Part shown: one piece after another, positions 43,018 through 53,730 of the stretch
Layout of the letters: each line of letters begins with the position of its first letter
Numbering within the stretch: the first letter of the stretch is position 1
DNA from: Nitrospirales bacterium
Lineage (GTDB): Bacteria; Nitrospirota; Nitrospiria; Nitrospirales; UBA8639
NCBI GenBank assembly: GCA_965203295.1
Contig: CBDBCZ010000019.1
Span: 2,112,001 to 2,176,000, forward strand
Reading direction: 5' to 3'
Length of the DNA: 64,000 nucleotides
The notes under the pieces: model-generated
The model's database searches: none
Told to the model about the DNA's origin: nothing
The model's input: only the letters and a program-made list of their open reading frames with translations
Position numbers and translations under genes: made by a program

Positions 43018-43039
43018 GGAGCCTCTTTTTTCTCAGCAT

Positions 43040-43759
43040 TTATGCTGTTGCAGTGGCTGGTTTTCCAGTGGAGGTACTTTTCACCCCCTTATTACCCCAG
43101 CTGTTTTCTACCGCATAATCCCACGCGGCTTTGACCACTGCAAGATTCTTATCAATCAATTCTTGTTTTTTCTTAAATTTTCTCTCAACAACACTATCTA
43201 GGGCTGCCGTTCCCCCGGAGACGACAAATCCCTTCCCGAGGAATCGGTCTTTCACCGCCTGCGCCAATGCATCAAGATTCGACAACCCTGTAATCGCACC
43301 AATTGCACCACACATAGCCATGTTGGTGGCCAGATCTATCCCTGCCACATCAAGAGAAAGTTTTGTGGCTGGCAAATAGTACAGCTTGGCGTTTAATTCG
43401 GCTAACTCATTTTCATGGTCAGGCTCCAATCGCATGGGGCCAACATTGTTGATTAAGGCCACTCCATCTTTTTTCAAACCAAAATAGAAGGGATTGGTAT
43501 AGCTTTTTCCATGGGTAATACACTGGGGGTGAAAAATCATGATGATATGTGGAAAGGTGATTTCTCCGACTTCATAAATCGGTTCATCCGACACACGCAC
43601 ATAACTTTCAACAGGCGCCATTCGTTTTTCTGACCCATAGAAAGGGACAATGGTACTTTCCCCACCGGCATTAATAACGGCCGTACTAAAAATATGGGAA
43701 GCTGTCACAACACCTTGCCCCCCAACTCCAGCCATACGGATGTTATATCGAATAGCCAT
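43040..43759 (-). CDS. forC: 2-oxoacid:ferredoxin oxidoreductase gamma subunit
   Basis: IRMAGVGGQGVVT and YGSEKR motifs. Confidence 0.78.
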   Translation of the reverse strand: MAIRYNIRMAGVGGQGVVTASHIFSTAVINAGGESTIVPFYGSEKRMAPVESYVRVSDEPIYEVGEITFPHIIMIFHPQCITHGKSYTNPFYFGLKKDGVALINNVGPMRLEPDHENELAELNAKLYYLPATKLSLDVAGIDLATNMAMCGAIGAITGLSNLDALAQAVKDRFLGKGFVVSGGTAALDSVVERKFKKKQELIDKNLAVVKAAWDYAVENSWGNKGVKSTSTGKPATATA

Positions 43760-43837
43760 TCCCTTTTCCTCCTATTTTCTTTTCACAGGGACAACGCTCT
43801 TGAACCCATATCCACTGATGACCAAGTTTTTCAAAAT

Positions 43838-44728
43838 CTAATTTTTCGCTATGGCCTGTTGTGGTTTAGGGAGGTATTCCTTATAACCATACAGCCCTGC
43901 TAAATATTCTTTGGCCTCATCCGTTATATGCTCTGAAAATTTATAACGATCGTTTTCCACATCCTTGGCATCTTCCATCACCTTATCTGTAGGAATCGCA
44001 TATTCAATATTGCAGGAGGTATAGGCCTGAATGTACGTTGGACCAACTTCACGGGCGATCAACACTGCTTTTTTAATGACACTTTCCACCCGACGTGGAT
44101 TATTAGGAACTACCGTGGCCACATAGGCACATCCAGCAACCTTCGCCATTCCCAACATATCCATTTTTTCAAATTTCTTTCCAAGAGGAGCCATTTTGAG
44201 AACCTGACCCTTATTCGTCATTCCACTTTCTTGGCCCCCGGTGTTCCCGTACACTTCATTATCCAACATAATGGTAGTGAATTTTTCTTTCCGGAACCAC
44301 GAATGGAGGGTTTGGGCAAACCCAATATCAGCCATTCCTCCATCACCCGCCATAACCACCACATCTTTTGGCCGATCCCCAAACCGGAGCCGAAGGCCCC
44401 TGGTTAATCCACTCGCCACTCCATTTTGGTCCCCATAATTGCCATACACAAAAGGAATAGCCGCCTGTGAAATAGCCAACCGCCCACAACCCGCCGTTCC
44501 CACAGTAATCGTGTCCTCTGGGTTGGGAAAAGCAACCAATGCCAGCCTGATAAAAAGGGTCATCGCACACCCTGCACACATGGGATGCTCTTCAAGAATC
44601 TCCTTAAACGTTCCAACTTGGGAAACAGTGGTCTTTTTCCCAAAAGGTCCGTGTTGAACCATGTCCCTATATTCTTTCGGCATCCATCTATCAAAGCCAG
44701 GAGTGAATTTTACATAATCGAGGCTCAT
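43838..44728 (-). CDS. forB: 2-oxoacid:ferredoxin oxidoreductase beta (TPP-binding) subunit
   Basis: CAGC, GDGG...DNEVYGNTGGQES TPP motif. Confidence 0.8.
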   Translation of the reverse strand: MSLDYVKFTPGFDRWMPKEYRDMVQHGPFGKKTTVSQVGTFKEILEEHPMCAGCAMTLFIRLALVAFPNPEDTITVGTAGCGRLAISQAAIPFVYGNYGDQNGVASGLTRGLRLRFGDRPKDVVVMAGDGGMADIGFAQTLHSWFRKEKFTTIMLDNEVYGNTGGQESGMTNKGQVLKMAPLGKKFEKMDMLGMAKVAGCAYVATVVPNNPRRVESVIKKAVLIAREVGPTYIQAYTSCNIEYAIPTDKVMEDAKDVENDRYKFSEHITDEAKEYLAGLYGYKEYLPKPQQAIAKN

Positions 44729-45278
44729 AGGTTATCCCCTCCTTCAAAATTTATAGAATTTACCATTACTTTCCTCTTTTTCCCGCGTTACTTCACCATC
44801 ACTCACTCTGAAAATTTCAAAAAACCTCAAATTTTTAAGAACTTATTAAGCGTACGTTAACAGAGATTTTTAAAAATTGTCAATCATTAATAAAGAAATT
44901 CCACCCTAGGACAAAGTCTTTTAGTGAACTCAGCACGTGACTTAACTGGATATAAAAGTCTATCGTAATATTAAGGCGAGACCGCAAAGGAAGACAACAC
45001 AAAAGAAGGCCCACCCTATTAAAAAGAAGGCCTATGTCACATATTCTCATCTAGGCCTTTTGTACCAAACCTCCTTTTCTTACTCCTTACTTACTCCCGA
45101 AGCATGGAAAACACAATTCCAAATCCTCAATTTCGCATTCTATTCTTTCCTCATCAAGACCAGAAAAAGTCATGCAAAATCAAAGTAAATCCCTAGATAC
45201 TAGAAGAAGATCGCCAAAAAGTGACTCTGCCATCTTAAAAAATAAGGCGAAAACATAATGTTCCTTAAAAAAAAGAGT

Positions 45279-46256
45279 TTAGTCCAGAATATATTGGACG
45301 GGATTCACAACTTTGTCGTTTAAGGCAATCTGGTAATGAAGGTGTGGGCCAGTGGAAAACCTTCCTGTATTCCCAACAAGGCCAATTAGGTCGCCGCGTT
45401 TTACCTTTTTCCCGTATTTGACCAAGATCTTGGAGAGGTGACCATACGTCGTTTCAATCCCAAACCCATGGTCAATTCGGATAAATTTTCCCATTCTGGT
45501 GTCATACGCCGCGAGGACCACCTTTCCAGCAGCCGGGGCCCTGACCTCTTTTCCACGTGGCGAACCAATATCTAACCCTGAATGAAAGGCTTTTTTACCA
45601 GTAAACGGTGAGATTCTTGGTCCGAACCTGGAAGTGATGGGACCTTTCACCGGCCAAACTGAAGGTGTCGAAGCCCAACGCTCTACACGTTCTCCAGCGG
45701 TCTCCTCAAGTTCGGCAAGAATTTTCTGCTCACATCCAACATGGTGGTTTAACCAAGAAAGGCCATTTTTGATATGAGTAATATGGCCAGCACGGGTGTT
45801 CAAGTCCTCTGCGACTTTACTGCTACCGGTAATGGTATCGATAAACGCGTTACCTGTTTGAGAAGGAAGCAGCTTTTCAAAGAGAATTTCCTCTCCGCCT
45901 CGACCATTTAAATCAGGGTCCGCTTGCAAGGTATCGGGCTCCAAGCCGAACATGGTCTGCAGCTTTCGATTGAGTTGCTGCATGACCGTCATTTTTTCAC
46001 GCATTTCATCAATCGCAGAAGAAAAGGCACTGGTCTGTCCCCTCGACTGAGAAATTTGCGCACGAAGGACCTTCAATTCCGTCACTTGGGCAAATTGAAC
46101 AACATAATGCGCAAGAATCCCAATTTGAAGAATCCCAAGACAGACGAATGCAATGATCATCCGTCGAACGGTTACTTTTCGTATTTTCAAACGTCGGGGA
46201 TTCGCGGTAGCTCCACGAAAGATCATGATGGTGTAGACATCATCTGATGGCTTCAT
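45279..46256 (-). CDS. M23 family metallopeptidase
   Basis: TM helix plus coiled coil; HSGLDI, YGHL and STGPHLHY motifs. Confidence 0.9.
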   Translation of the reverse strand: MKPSDDVYTIMIFRGATANPRRLKIRKVTVRRMIIAFVCLGILQIGILAHYVVQFAQVTELKVLRAQISQSRGQTSAFSSAIDEMREKMTVMQQLNRKLQTMFGLEPDTLQADPDLNGRGGEEILFEKLLPSQTGNAFIDTITGSSKVAEDLNTRAGHITHIKNGLSWLNHHVGCEQKILAELEETAGERVERWASTPSVWPVKGPITSRFGPRISPFTGKKAFHSGLDIGSPRGKEVRAPAAGKVVLAAYDTRMGKFIRIDHGFGIETTYGHLSKILVKYGKKVKRGDLIGLVGNTGRFSTGPHLHYQIALNDKVVNPVQYILD

Positions 46257-46331
46257 AAGCACCTTGCAAGTTTTATGAAGTCAGACATTTCTCCAAAGCC
46301 TTCGTCCTGTATGTACCCAAGATTTTCTTCA

Positions 46332-46658
46332 TCAGCCGCCTTGTGGCTTGATCGTTTCTCGAATCCAGTTTACGTATGGCTCAGACCCCCAGATGATTGG
46401 AATGGCAATAATTTCGGGAACAGTGTAACTGTGATGAGTTTTAACAGTAGCCTCCAAAGTTGGTAAGACATCCGTAGAAGTCTTAATCATGAGAAGGCAT
46501 TCCTGCTCATCAGCAACAGCCCCTTCCCACTTAAAAATGGATCGTATTCCTGGAACTAGGTTCACACATGCAGCAAGCTTCTTCTCCACCAGTATTCTTC
46601 CAATGGCTATCCCTTCCCCCTCGGAAGAAACCGTGACAAGGACCACCACCTCCGACAT
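46332..46658 (-). CDS. cutA: Divalent-cation tolerance protein CutA
   Basis: LAACVN, SIFKWEG and HSYTVPEII motifs. Confidence 0.92.
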   Translation of the reverse strand: MSEVVVLVTVSSEGEGIAIGRILVEKKLAACVNLVPGIRSIFKWEGAVADEQECLLMIKTSTDVLPTLEATVKTHHSYTVPEIIAIPIIWGSEPYVNWIRETIKPQGG

Positions 46659-47064
46659 CGATGACAACCACCCTATTCAGGCTTCGCAATCAGACGAACC
46701 CGACTGAACCTGATTCGTTCTCTTCAGTTTTCAAACAACCTGCTCAATCTGTAACCATTCACGAAGCTGTCGACACGTACCAGCTGTTTTCTCGTCGACT
46801 AACGCATTCCTGAAGCGACAACATACCTTGGTCAGACATTCAAATATTTTGTACTATTCATTGCAAAAGTACAAGAGTTTTCTTATTAAGAATCCCTTCA
46901 AAAATCACTCAATATATTGAGTTGGGAATGGACATTAGAAAATGCTCAACAATCTCAACAACCCCTTCATCGCAAGAGCCAAGGGGTAATACTAAGACTC
47001 TGCACCCTCTTGCTGATCATTAATTATTAAGACCATCTCTTTTCACACATCAGTCAAAAAACTT

Positions 47065-47826
47065 CTAAACTTTGCCTGGCCGTAAAACATCAGGATGTTT
47101 TTCAGCATATTCAATAAGGTCGATGATAATCGGTCTTAAACTTCCTTGAAGAGCAGCGGGATAGCTTTTCACTGCCTCCTCAAGACCATAATAAGGTCCA
47201 TCGTACTCTTTCGCTTGAAATTCCATCGTAAAATTCCATAACACCTTGGAGGGATTCCCAGCAGGTGTAATCTGTAGATCCATCTCCAAGTTTGTCGTAA
47301 TTTTCCCCAGAGGCAACCCGATAAACCAAAAAACAGTTCCCATAGGACCAAGGAGGTAGGTCGTGATGTCTCTTTCCCATCGAGTTGACCGCAGATTGCC
47401 GTGGAGTACCAGATCGGAGGTAATGGCAGTGGAAGTATCAGCAAAGGCTACTGACGAAAAAACATTTGCCTCACGGATTTCATCTGCCAAGGCACGGGAA
47501 AAGTCGCGAGGTGGGTTGAAACGAACTTCATCGACAGGTTCCGGCTTCAAAGCAGTTTCAGGTTGATCATAAAACGTTTTACCTGAAGGAACTAAAGGGA
47601 TAGCCACTTTCCAATATTCAACCTGTTCCTCCGTACCACGAACATCATTAAGGGGCAGAACAACCAAACTTGCTGTTATTGGACGAGAGGCTGTTAATCC
47701 GAGAAATGTACCTTTAGGTGGGGGAGGATAGTCCCATCCATGAGATCCCAGGCAACCCGTGAAGACGGAAACAAGACTTATGGTGCTGGCCAAAAGCAAG
47801 AATTTCCATCGATGGGGCCATAACAT
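47065..47826 (-). CDS. Hypothetical lipoprotein
   Basis: Signal peptide with FTGC lipobox. Confidence 0.65.
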   Translation of the reverse strand: MLWPHRWKFLLLASTISLVSVFTGCLGSHGWDYPPPPKGTFLGLTASRPITASLVVLPLNDVRGTEEQVEYWKVAIPLVPSGKTFYDQPETALKPEPVDEVRFNPPRDFSRALADEIREANVFSSVAFADTSTAITSDLVLHGNLRSTRWERDITTYLLGPMGTVFWFIGLPLGKITTNLEMDLQITPAGNPSKVLWNFTMEFQAKEYDGPYYGLEEAVKSYPAALQGSLRPIIIDLIEYAEKHPDVLRPGKV

Positions 47827-47985
47827 GGTAGCACTCCTTTCTCCAGCCTGAAATCATTAAGGACAGATAATGTCCTATGTACCCATAAACACGCTGAACT
47901 CTCTCCTTAAAGAAAAGGCCTTTTCCAAGGCAAAAAAGTACCTTAAATGAACGAACTTACCTCGTTAGGCCTCCTTTTACTTTTC

Positions 47986-48606
47986 TCATGGACGAAGTTC
48001 ACCTAGTCTGCAAAGCTGTTCTTTGAGCTCAGAATAGGTATGCGTAACTGGGAAAGCTGGATATTCCGCCGAGATTGAATCAGGAGGTCTGAAGAAAACA
48101 CCTGCGTGGGCTTCCTGTAACATGGAAATATCGTTGTAGGAATCTCCGGCAGCTAACACTCGAAAACAAAGATTCTTCAATGTAGAGACTGCCTGACGTT
48201 TTTGGTCTTTTTGACGTAAATGGTAATTCCTGATTTTCCCTGTTTGATCCACTTCCAAGGTATGGCTAAAAAGCGTAGGGTAGTCCAATTGTTTCATGAG
48301 CGGGCCAGCCAGGTCATAATACGTATCCGACAGAATGATAACCTGGCAACGCTCCCGAAGCCACCGCAGAAACTCAGCGGCACCAGGAAGGGGTTCCATA
48401 CCAGCCACGACTCCCTCAATATCCGAAAGACGAACATGATGGCGGTCAAGCACATCAAGTCGTTTTCGCATCAATTCGTCATAGTCAGGAATATCTCGTG
48501 TGGTGACTTGTAATTCAGAAATGCCTGTTTTCTCAGCCACGGCAAGCCAAATTTCTGGAACCAACACACCTTCCAAATCCAAGCATGTTAAGACGGGATT
48601 GTTCAT
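47986..48606 (-). CDS. thrH: Bifunctional phosphoserine phosphatase/homoserine phosphotransferase
   Basis: CLDLEGVLVPEIW, TTRDIPDYDELM and AAGDSYND motifs. Confidence 0.92.
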   Translation of the reverse strand: MNNPVLTCLDLEGVLVPEIWLAVAEKTGISELQVTTRDIPDYDELMRKRLDVLDRHHVRLSDIEGVVAGMEPLPGAAEFLRWLRERCQVIILSDTYYDLAGPLMKQLDYPTLFSHTLEVDQTGKIRNYHLRQKDQKRQAVSTLKNLCFRVLAAGDSYNDISMLQEAHAGVFFRPPDSISAEYPAFPVTHTYSELKEQLCRLGELRP

Positions 48607-48795
48607 GCTCTGCTTTCAAAGAAAATTGATTAGACTAGGCCTCCCTCATAGGCAGGTTGTCATCTTATAAAAATTTACTTGACACTACAATTTCAAGATT
48701 TAACCGACGATCTCCTGTCATCACAAAACGATCCAAGAGACTCGAATTTTCTTCTCTACATCAAGTGACTGTTTTGTTTCTTGTCTTGCATCGTG

Positions 48796-49783
48796 TTAAT
48801 TTCCCAGCCCACTTTCTGGATTGACACCATAGGGCAGCGGCCTTCCTATCAACCCAGCCTGAAGATTCTCTGCTGCCATCAGAGCCATTTTTGTGCGTGT
48901 GGCTATTGAAGCACTGGCAATGTGAGGGACGATCAGACAATTGGGAAGTGTCAGAAGAGGGTCATTGATAGGAATCGGCTCAGGATCGGTCACATCCAGC
49001 GCAGCACATTCGATACGACGTTGGAGGAGAGCATGATACAAGGCCTGAGGATCCACCACAGATCCTCGTGACGTATTGATCAACATTGAGGTCGGCTTCA
49101 TCAGTTTCAGCTCGCGTTCACCAATCAAATGATATGTTCTGTTAGAAAGGGGAACATGAAGACTCAGAAAGTCCACTTCCGTGAGCAATGATGATAACTC
49201 ACGTTGCTCAACGTTAAGAGCGCGAGAAGTTTCCCGATCAAGTGAATGGGAGTAGGAAACAAGAATCCGCATGCCAAATCCCTGCGCTCTTTTGGCCATC
49301 GCCATACCAATTCGACCAAATCCAACAATCCCCAAAAACGACCCATGAATATCTTGCCCCAGCAAAGAGATTGGGCGACCAGGCGTCCCAGCGGCCATGC
49401 TTCACGAATTCTACTCCCTCGATGATCCTGCGAGCGCCACACATTAACAGGGCAAAAGCGAAGTCAGCTGTCGTTTCCGTCAGAACATCGGGGGTATGGC
49501 CTAAAGCCACCCCTTTACGAGCACAGGCTCCAACATCGATATGATCAACTCTCACCGACATGGTACTGACCACCTTGAACCGCGGAGCACATCTTAGAAA
49601 ATCTTCATCAATTTTATCCGTGAGCATGCAGAAAATCCCATCAACCGCTTCAACCCTTTTCAGCAAAATGTCCCGTGGGATAGGTTCATCGCCTTTCCAC
49701 ACCTCTAACTCTGCAAACACTCGTATTCGGTCTATGACTTCTTGATCGACTTTTCTGGTTAAATAGGCTTTTGGCTTTATCAT
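48796..49783 (-). pseudogene. D-glycerate dehydrogenase/glyoxylate reductase (D-2-hydroxyacid DH), +1 frameshift at about 49365
   Basis: HTPDVLTETTAD in one frame; GFGRIG, INTSRG, LDVTDPEP and PHIAS in another. There is one extra T in CTCTTTGCTG. Confidence 0.85.
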
Positions 49784-49826
49784 GGTAACCGCTTTGACTT
49801 CAGCGTGTCATAAATTCAAATTCATG

Positions 49827-50831
49827 CTAGATCAATAACACCAACACAATAAATGCCCCATAACAGAGACCATTGAACATCAGGTGATACGGTCTCATGA
49901 CAGTCATACGACTTATTCGAGCGAGATATAAGGAAGCCACGAACGTCAGACCGATACCAATCAACACTTCCTTTCGAGGAACCCATGGTGTCAACAGGAT
50001 TCCTAGCGCTGGTAATAGACTCCCCTGAAAGACCATAGCCCCTGTGATATTCCCAAAGGCCAATGTATCGCGGCCTCGCCGAATCCAGAGAATGCTATTG
50101 ACCTTCTCAGGCAATTCTGTTGCAACTGGCACAATCAACAGCGAAAGCGTTAAGGCTGAGAGGCCGATCCATTGAGACAACGCTTCTACACCATATACAA
50201 ATCCTTTTGCCCCCATAATGATCAGCCCAAGCCCAAACCCTAATTGAAAGAGGATCGTGAATGAATTGTTAGGGAGACCAAGGCGGGATACATACAAAGG
50301 ATGGTCAGCCTCCGTACCATGTCCATCCTCGACGAGGTTAGCTGATGCCCGAATGGTCACCAGCAGATACCCCAAATAGATCAACGCTAATATCAAGACA
50401 ATCACCCCGCGAGATAATCGCCAATCAAAGGGAATAAACACCGCAATCAAACCAAAGGAAAAAGCCATCAAGAACCATTGCAAGTCTCGAGTGAGCCCGC
50501 TTATTTCTGGACATAAGGCTGTGTGCCAGCCACGTTTTCCAGCCGCAAACATGCCAACCAAAAAAAGCGTGAGGGTCGAGAGCATCAATGGGGCACCCAG
50601 TATCGCCCCGACTCCAACTTCTTCTCGTATTTCCACTGAAACGGAACTCGCCAATACCGCAATAACCGGGACCATAGACTCCGGCAATGCTGTCCCGACA
50701 GCTGCAAAGATCGATCCCGTTACGCCTTCTGAAATGCCCAGTCGTTCCCCGAGATGCTCTAACGCATTCGTAAACGCCTCAGCACCCAAGAGAATAACCA
50801 GTAACGACAAAAGGAGAATACACGCTTCCAT
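49827..50831 (-). CDS. Sodium:calcium exchanger (CaCA) family antiporter
   Basis: Two alpha repeats, GTALPE and ATELPE; multiple TM helices. Confidence 0.85.
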   Translation of the reverse strand: MEACILLLSLLVILLGAEAFTNALEHLGERLGISEGVTGSIFAAVGTALPESMVPVIAVLASSVSVEIREEVGVGAILGAPLMLSTLTLFLVGMFAAGKRGWHTALCPEISGLTRDLQWFLMAFSFGLIAVFIPFDWRLSRGVIVLILALIYLGYLLVTIRASANLVEDGHGTEADHPLYVSRLGLPNNSFTILFQLGFGLGLIIMGAKGFVYGVEALSQWIGLSALTLSLLIVPVATELPEKVNSILWIRRGRDTLAFGNITGAMVFQGSLLPALGILLTPWVPRKEVLIGIGLTFVASLYLARISRMTVMRPYHLMFNGLCYGAFIVLVLLI

Positions 50832-50938
50832 GAATCTTACCTCTCTACCAAATCCAATCGAAGAAAGAAGCCTGCTATAAAGCACAGCACACTATTCCAA
50901 GCCTTGCCTCATATTTCCCCATTGAATACACTATTCCC

Positions 50939-51088
50939 ATGGATGAAGTCACCCTCATCATGATCCTGGTAGTGAGTATCGTAGCTCTTTTTGTTGGAAG
51001 GCGATGGTGGAAAAATCGTCGATCTGCCAAATTGGCTGATGAACTCTTGGCAATTATTGTGAAGGAGAAAGACTCATTTCGCCGCTAG
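50939..51088 (+). CDS. Small single-pass membrane protein (49 aa, below the ORF-track cutoff)
   Basis: MDEVTLIMILVVSIVALFVGRRWWKNRRSAKLADELLAIIVKEKDSFRR: a TM helix followed by a basic patch. Confidence 0.5.
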   Translation: MDEVTLIMILVVSIVALFVGRRWWKNRRSAKLADELLAIIVKEKDSFRR

Positions 51089-51215
51089 CCAAAGACTCTT
51101 TCTCGCCAATATGGTTCACTATAGACAAATGGCCAGCAGCTGCGAATCCTTACGATGACCTCTTTCTTTTTCAGATCATCTACCCTAGACGGGTCCCTAC
51201 CTCCTAATCCAAGCC

Positions 51216-51995
51216 ATGTCCAGTCGCGATGCTACACATAGGGGACAAATTCATCTTCATCGAGGGAATCTGTCACAGGCCCAATATTGCTTTGAACAAG
51301 CTGTGGAGTCGGCTCGAGCAGATGAACCTGAAGAGACTCTAGGAGATGCATTAGGCAATTTGGGCAATGTCTATGCCCTTCAAGGTGAGAACCAGAAGGC
51401 TGAATGCTGTTACAAATAAGTCCTCGAGATTCAGGGTTCACAGCAGGGTGGAAAGGCTGTCGGAGAAACCCTCGTCAATCTCGGAAACCTCAAAGCTGAT
51501 GAGGGGAAATGGGATAAAGCTCGGGCATACTACTTAGAGGCGTTGGACATTCTGAAACCCATTGAACATCACCGTGCACTGGGAATTTTATACAGCAACA
51601 TGGCTCTTCAAGAAGTCGCCTGTGGAAACGGTCCGTCCGCACTTCTTCATTTTGATGAAGCGTTGAACCATCATCGAATAATTGGAAATGAAGAAGGCCT
51701 CGCCACAACGTTCAGCCAACTTGGCAAAACGCTCTTGTCTCTCGGACAGAACGATCAGGCTGAAAAATGCCTCAACAACGCCACTGAACACTTTATTAAA
51801 CTGGGAAACGAGCAAGGTGAAGCCTCTGTCCTCAGACTTCTGGCCACACTGTATGAAGAACGTGGCGACTCGATTTCAGCCATTCGATGCTTGGAGCACA
51901 CCGTTCAAATCGATCTTCGATACCACCTTCCAAAGTATCAAGAAGACCTCCATCGACTCACAACCTTGAGAAACACATCCCATCTTTTTCCCTAG
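51216..51995 (+). pseudogene. TPR-repeat protein interrupted by an in-frame TAA (51417-51419)
   Basis: TPR repeats continue in the same frame on both sides of the stop (..CYK*VLEIQ..). Confidence 0.8.
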
Positions 51996-52137
51996 AAGAA
52001 GGCATCCAGTTTCAGCAATAAGGCATATTCCAGGTTACGTTTTCGCTCATACTCTCTAGAATGGAATCCTCTCCCCCCTGCAAATGAGGAAAACTCCAAC
52101 CTTACTGGCCAGTGAGCCGCAACACCGATCAGAAGAC

Positions 52138-53637
52138 TTAATCCCTCCAGGACATCGTCATGGGTTGGAGGCCTTTTGTCTGTTCCAGTAATTGGGTCAC
52201 GCTCGCATCCATCATTTCCATCAAAGGACCGGGGTACAAACCAATCCCAAGCACGAGGATTGCTAATGGAATCACAGTGGCCAACTCCCGATTCGATAAG
52301 TCAGGGAGAATTTCGGCGACTTTGGTGTTTGGTTCGCCCAATGCCAACCTTTGTAGCATCCACAGCATATAGGCTGCGGCCAAAACAATGCCACCCATGG
52401 AAATGAGGACCATGGCAAAGCTGATATAGGATGTTCCGACCAGCACCAGAAACTCACCAATGAAATTGCAAGTGCCCGGCAGTCCAAAAGCTGCGACTGA
52501 GAATAAAAAGAATAAAGCCACGAATCTGGGCATGGGTTTATGCAACCCGCCGTAGTCAGAAATAGCTCGACTATGAGTGCGGTCGTATAATTGTCCAACT
52601 GAAATGAACAACGCAGCAGTGGTAATGCCGTGATTAAACATTTGTAGTATAGCCCCTTGAATGCCCTGGCTGTTGAACACAAAAATTCCAAGCGTGACAA
52701 ACCCCATATGGGAGACAGAAGAGTACGCGACAAGTTTCTTAAGATCAGACTGCGCCAAGGCCATATACCCACCATAGACGATAGCAATCACTGATAACCA
52801 TAAAATATATGGAGCGAACATGGTGGAGGCCTCTGGAAATGTGGGCAAACAAAACCGCAAAAATCCATATCCGCCCATTTTTAACAACACCCCAGCCAAG
52901 ATCACGCTGCCAGCAGTCGGCGCCTCAGAATGCGCATCAGGCAGCCACGTGTGGAATGGAACCATGGGCATTTTAATGGCAAATGCCAAAAAGAATGCCA
53001 AGAACAACCAAAATTGTGTAGAAGCAGAATAGGTTTGCCCCGTTAGCACTAACAGGTCGTAAGTGTGTCCTCCATTTAGATAGAGGCCTAATATTCCCAC
53101 CAACATCATTAAACTGCCGGTCAGACTGTACAAGACAAATTTAATCCCTGCGGTGATGCGATTTGGACCTCCCCAAAGAATAATCATGAAATACATAGGA
53201 ATCATCGTGACTTCCCACAGCATGAAGAAGAGGAACAGATCCAGGGCAGTAAAGACGACCACCATGGCGCCTTCAACCAGCAAGATCAGCGATAAATACG
53301 CGCGTACTCGTGTGGTGATGGCACTCCAAGAGCAGAGGACACAAAGTGGACAAAGAAGAGCAGTGAGTAGGACTAACAGGATACTGATTCCATCCACGCC
53401 AACCGCATACTGAATATTGAATGTGGGCATCCACTCCACCCGTTCCACAAATTGCATGCCCTGTTGGGTGAAGTCGAAATTTCTCCACAGAATGAGCGAG
53501 AGAAAAAACTCTACCATGGTAGAGCCAAAGGCAACTCGACGAATCCATTCTTCATGACGGACAAAAGCCAGGAGAACAATTCCCAAGAACGGGACGGCAA
53601 TCATCCAGCTAATGACATGATCCATCAGAACGGGCAT
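52138..53637 (-). CDS. NuoM-like antiporter-type subunit
   Basis: GVDGIS, FFMLWEVT, AFAIKMPMVPFHTWLPDAH, LLKMGGYG and FIGEF motifs. Confidence 0.88.
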   Translation of the reverse strand: MPVLMDHVISWMIAVPFLGIVLLAFVRHEEWIRRVAFGSTMVEFFLSLILWRNFDFTQQGMQFVERVEWMPTFNIQYAVGVDGISILLVLLTALLCPLCVLCSWSAITTRVRAYLSLILLVEGAMVVVFTALDLFLFFMLWEVTMIPMYFMIILWGGPNRITAGIKFVLYSLTGSLMMLVGILGLYLNGGHTYDLLVLTGQTYSASTQFWLFLAFFLAFAIKMPMVPFHTWLPDAHSEAPTAGSVILAGVLLKMGGYGFLRFCLPTFPEASTMFAPYILWLSVIAIVYGGYMALAQSDLKKLVAYSSVSHMGFVTLGIFVFNSQGIQGAILQMFNHGITTAALFISVGQLYDRTHSRAISDYGGLHKPMPRFVALFFLFSVAAFGLPGTCNFIGEFLVLVGTSYISFAMVLISMGGIVLAAAYMLWMLQRLALGEPNTKVAEILPDLSNRELATVIPLAILVLGIGLYPGPLMEMMDASVTQLLEQTKGLQPMTMSWRD

Positions 53638-53730
53638 TCATCTGATCTTTTTTAAGAGAGGAATGATCTCATATTTTCTAATGTGTTGTAGAAACGAGAT
53701 GCGAAATATGATCATCGAGTCACCAATGAA

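Noticed and set aside
46680..46850. Possible small RNA or ORF upstream of cutA
   Set aside because: Only short inverted repeats; not enough support.
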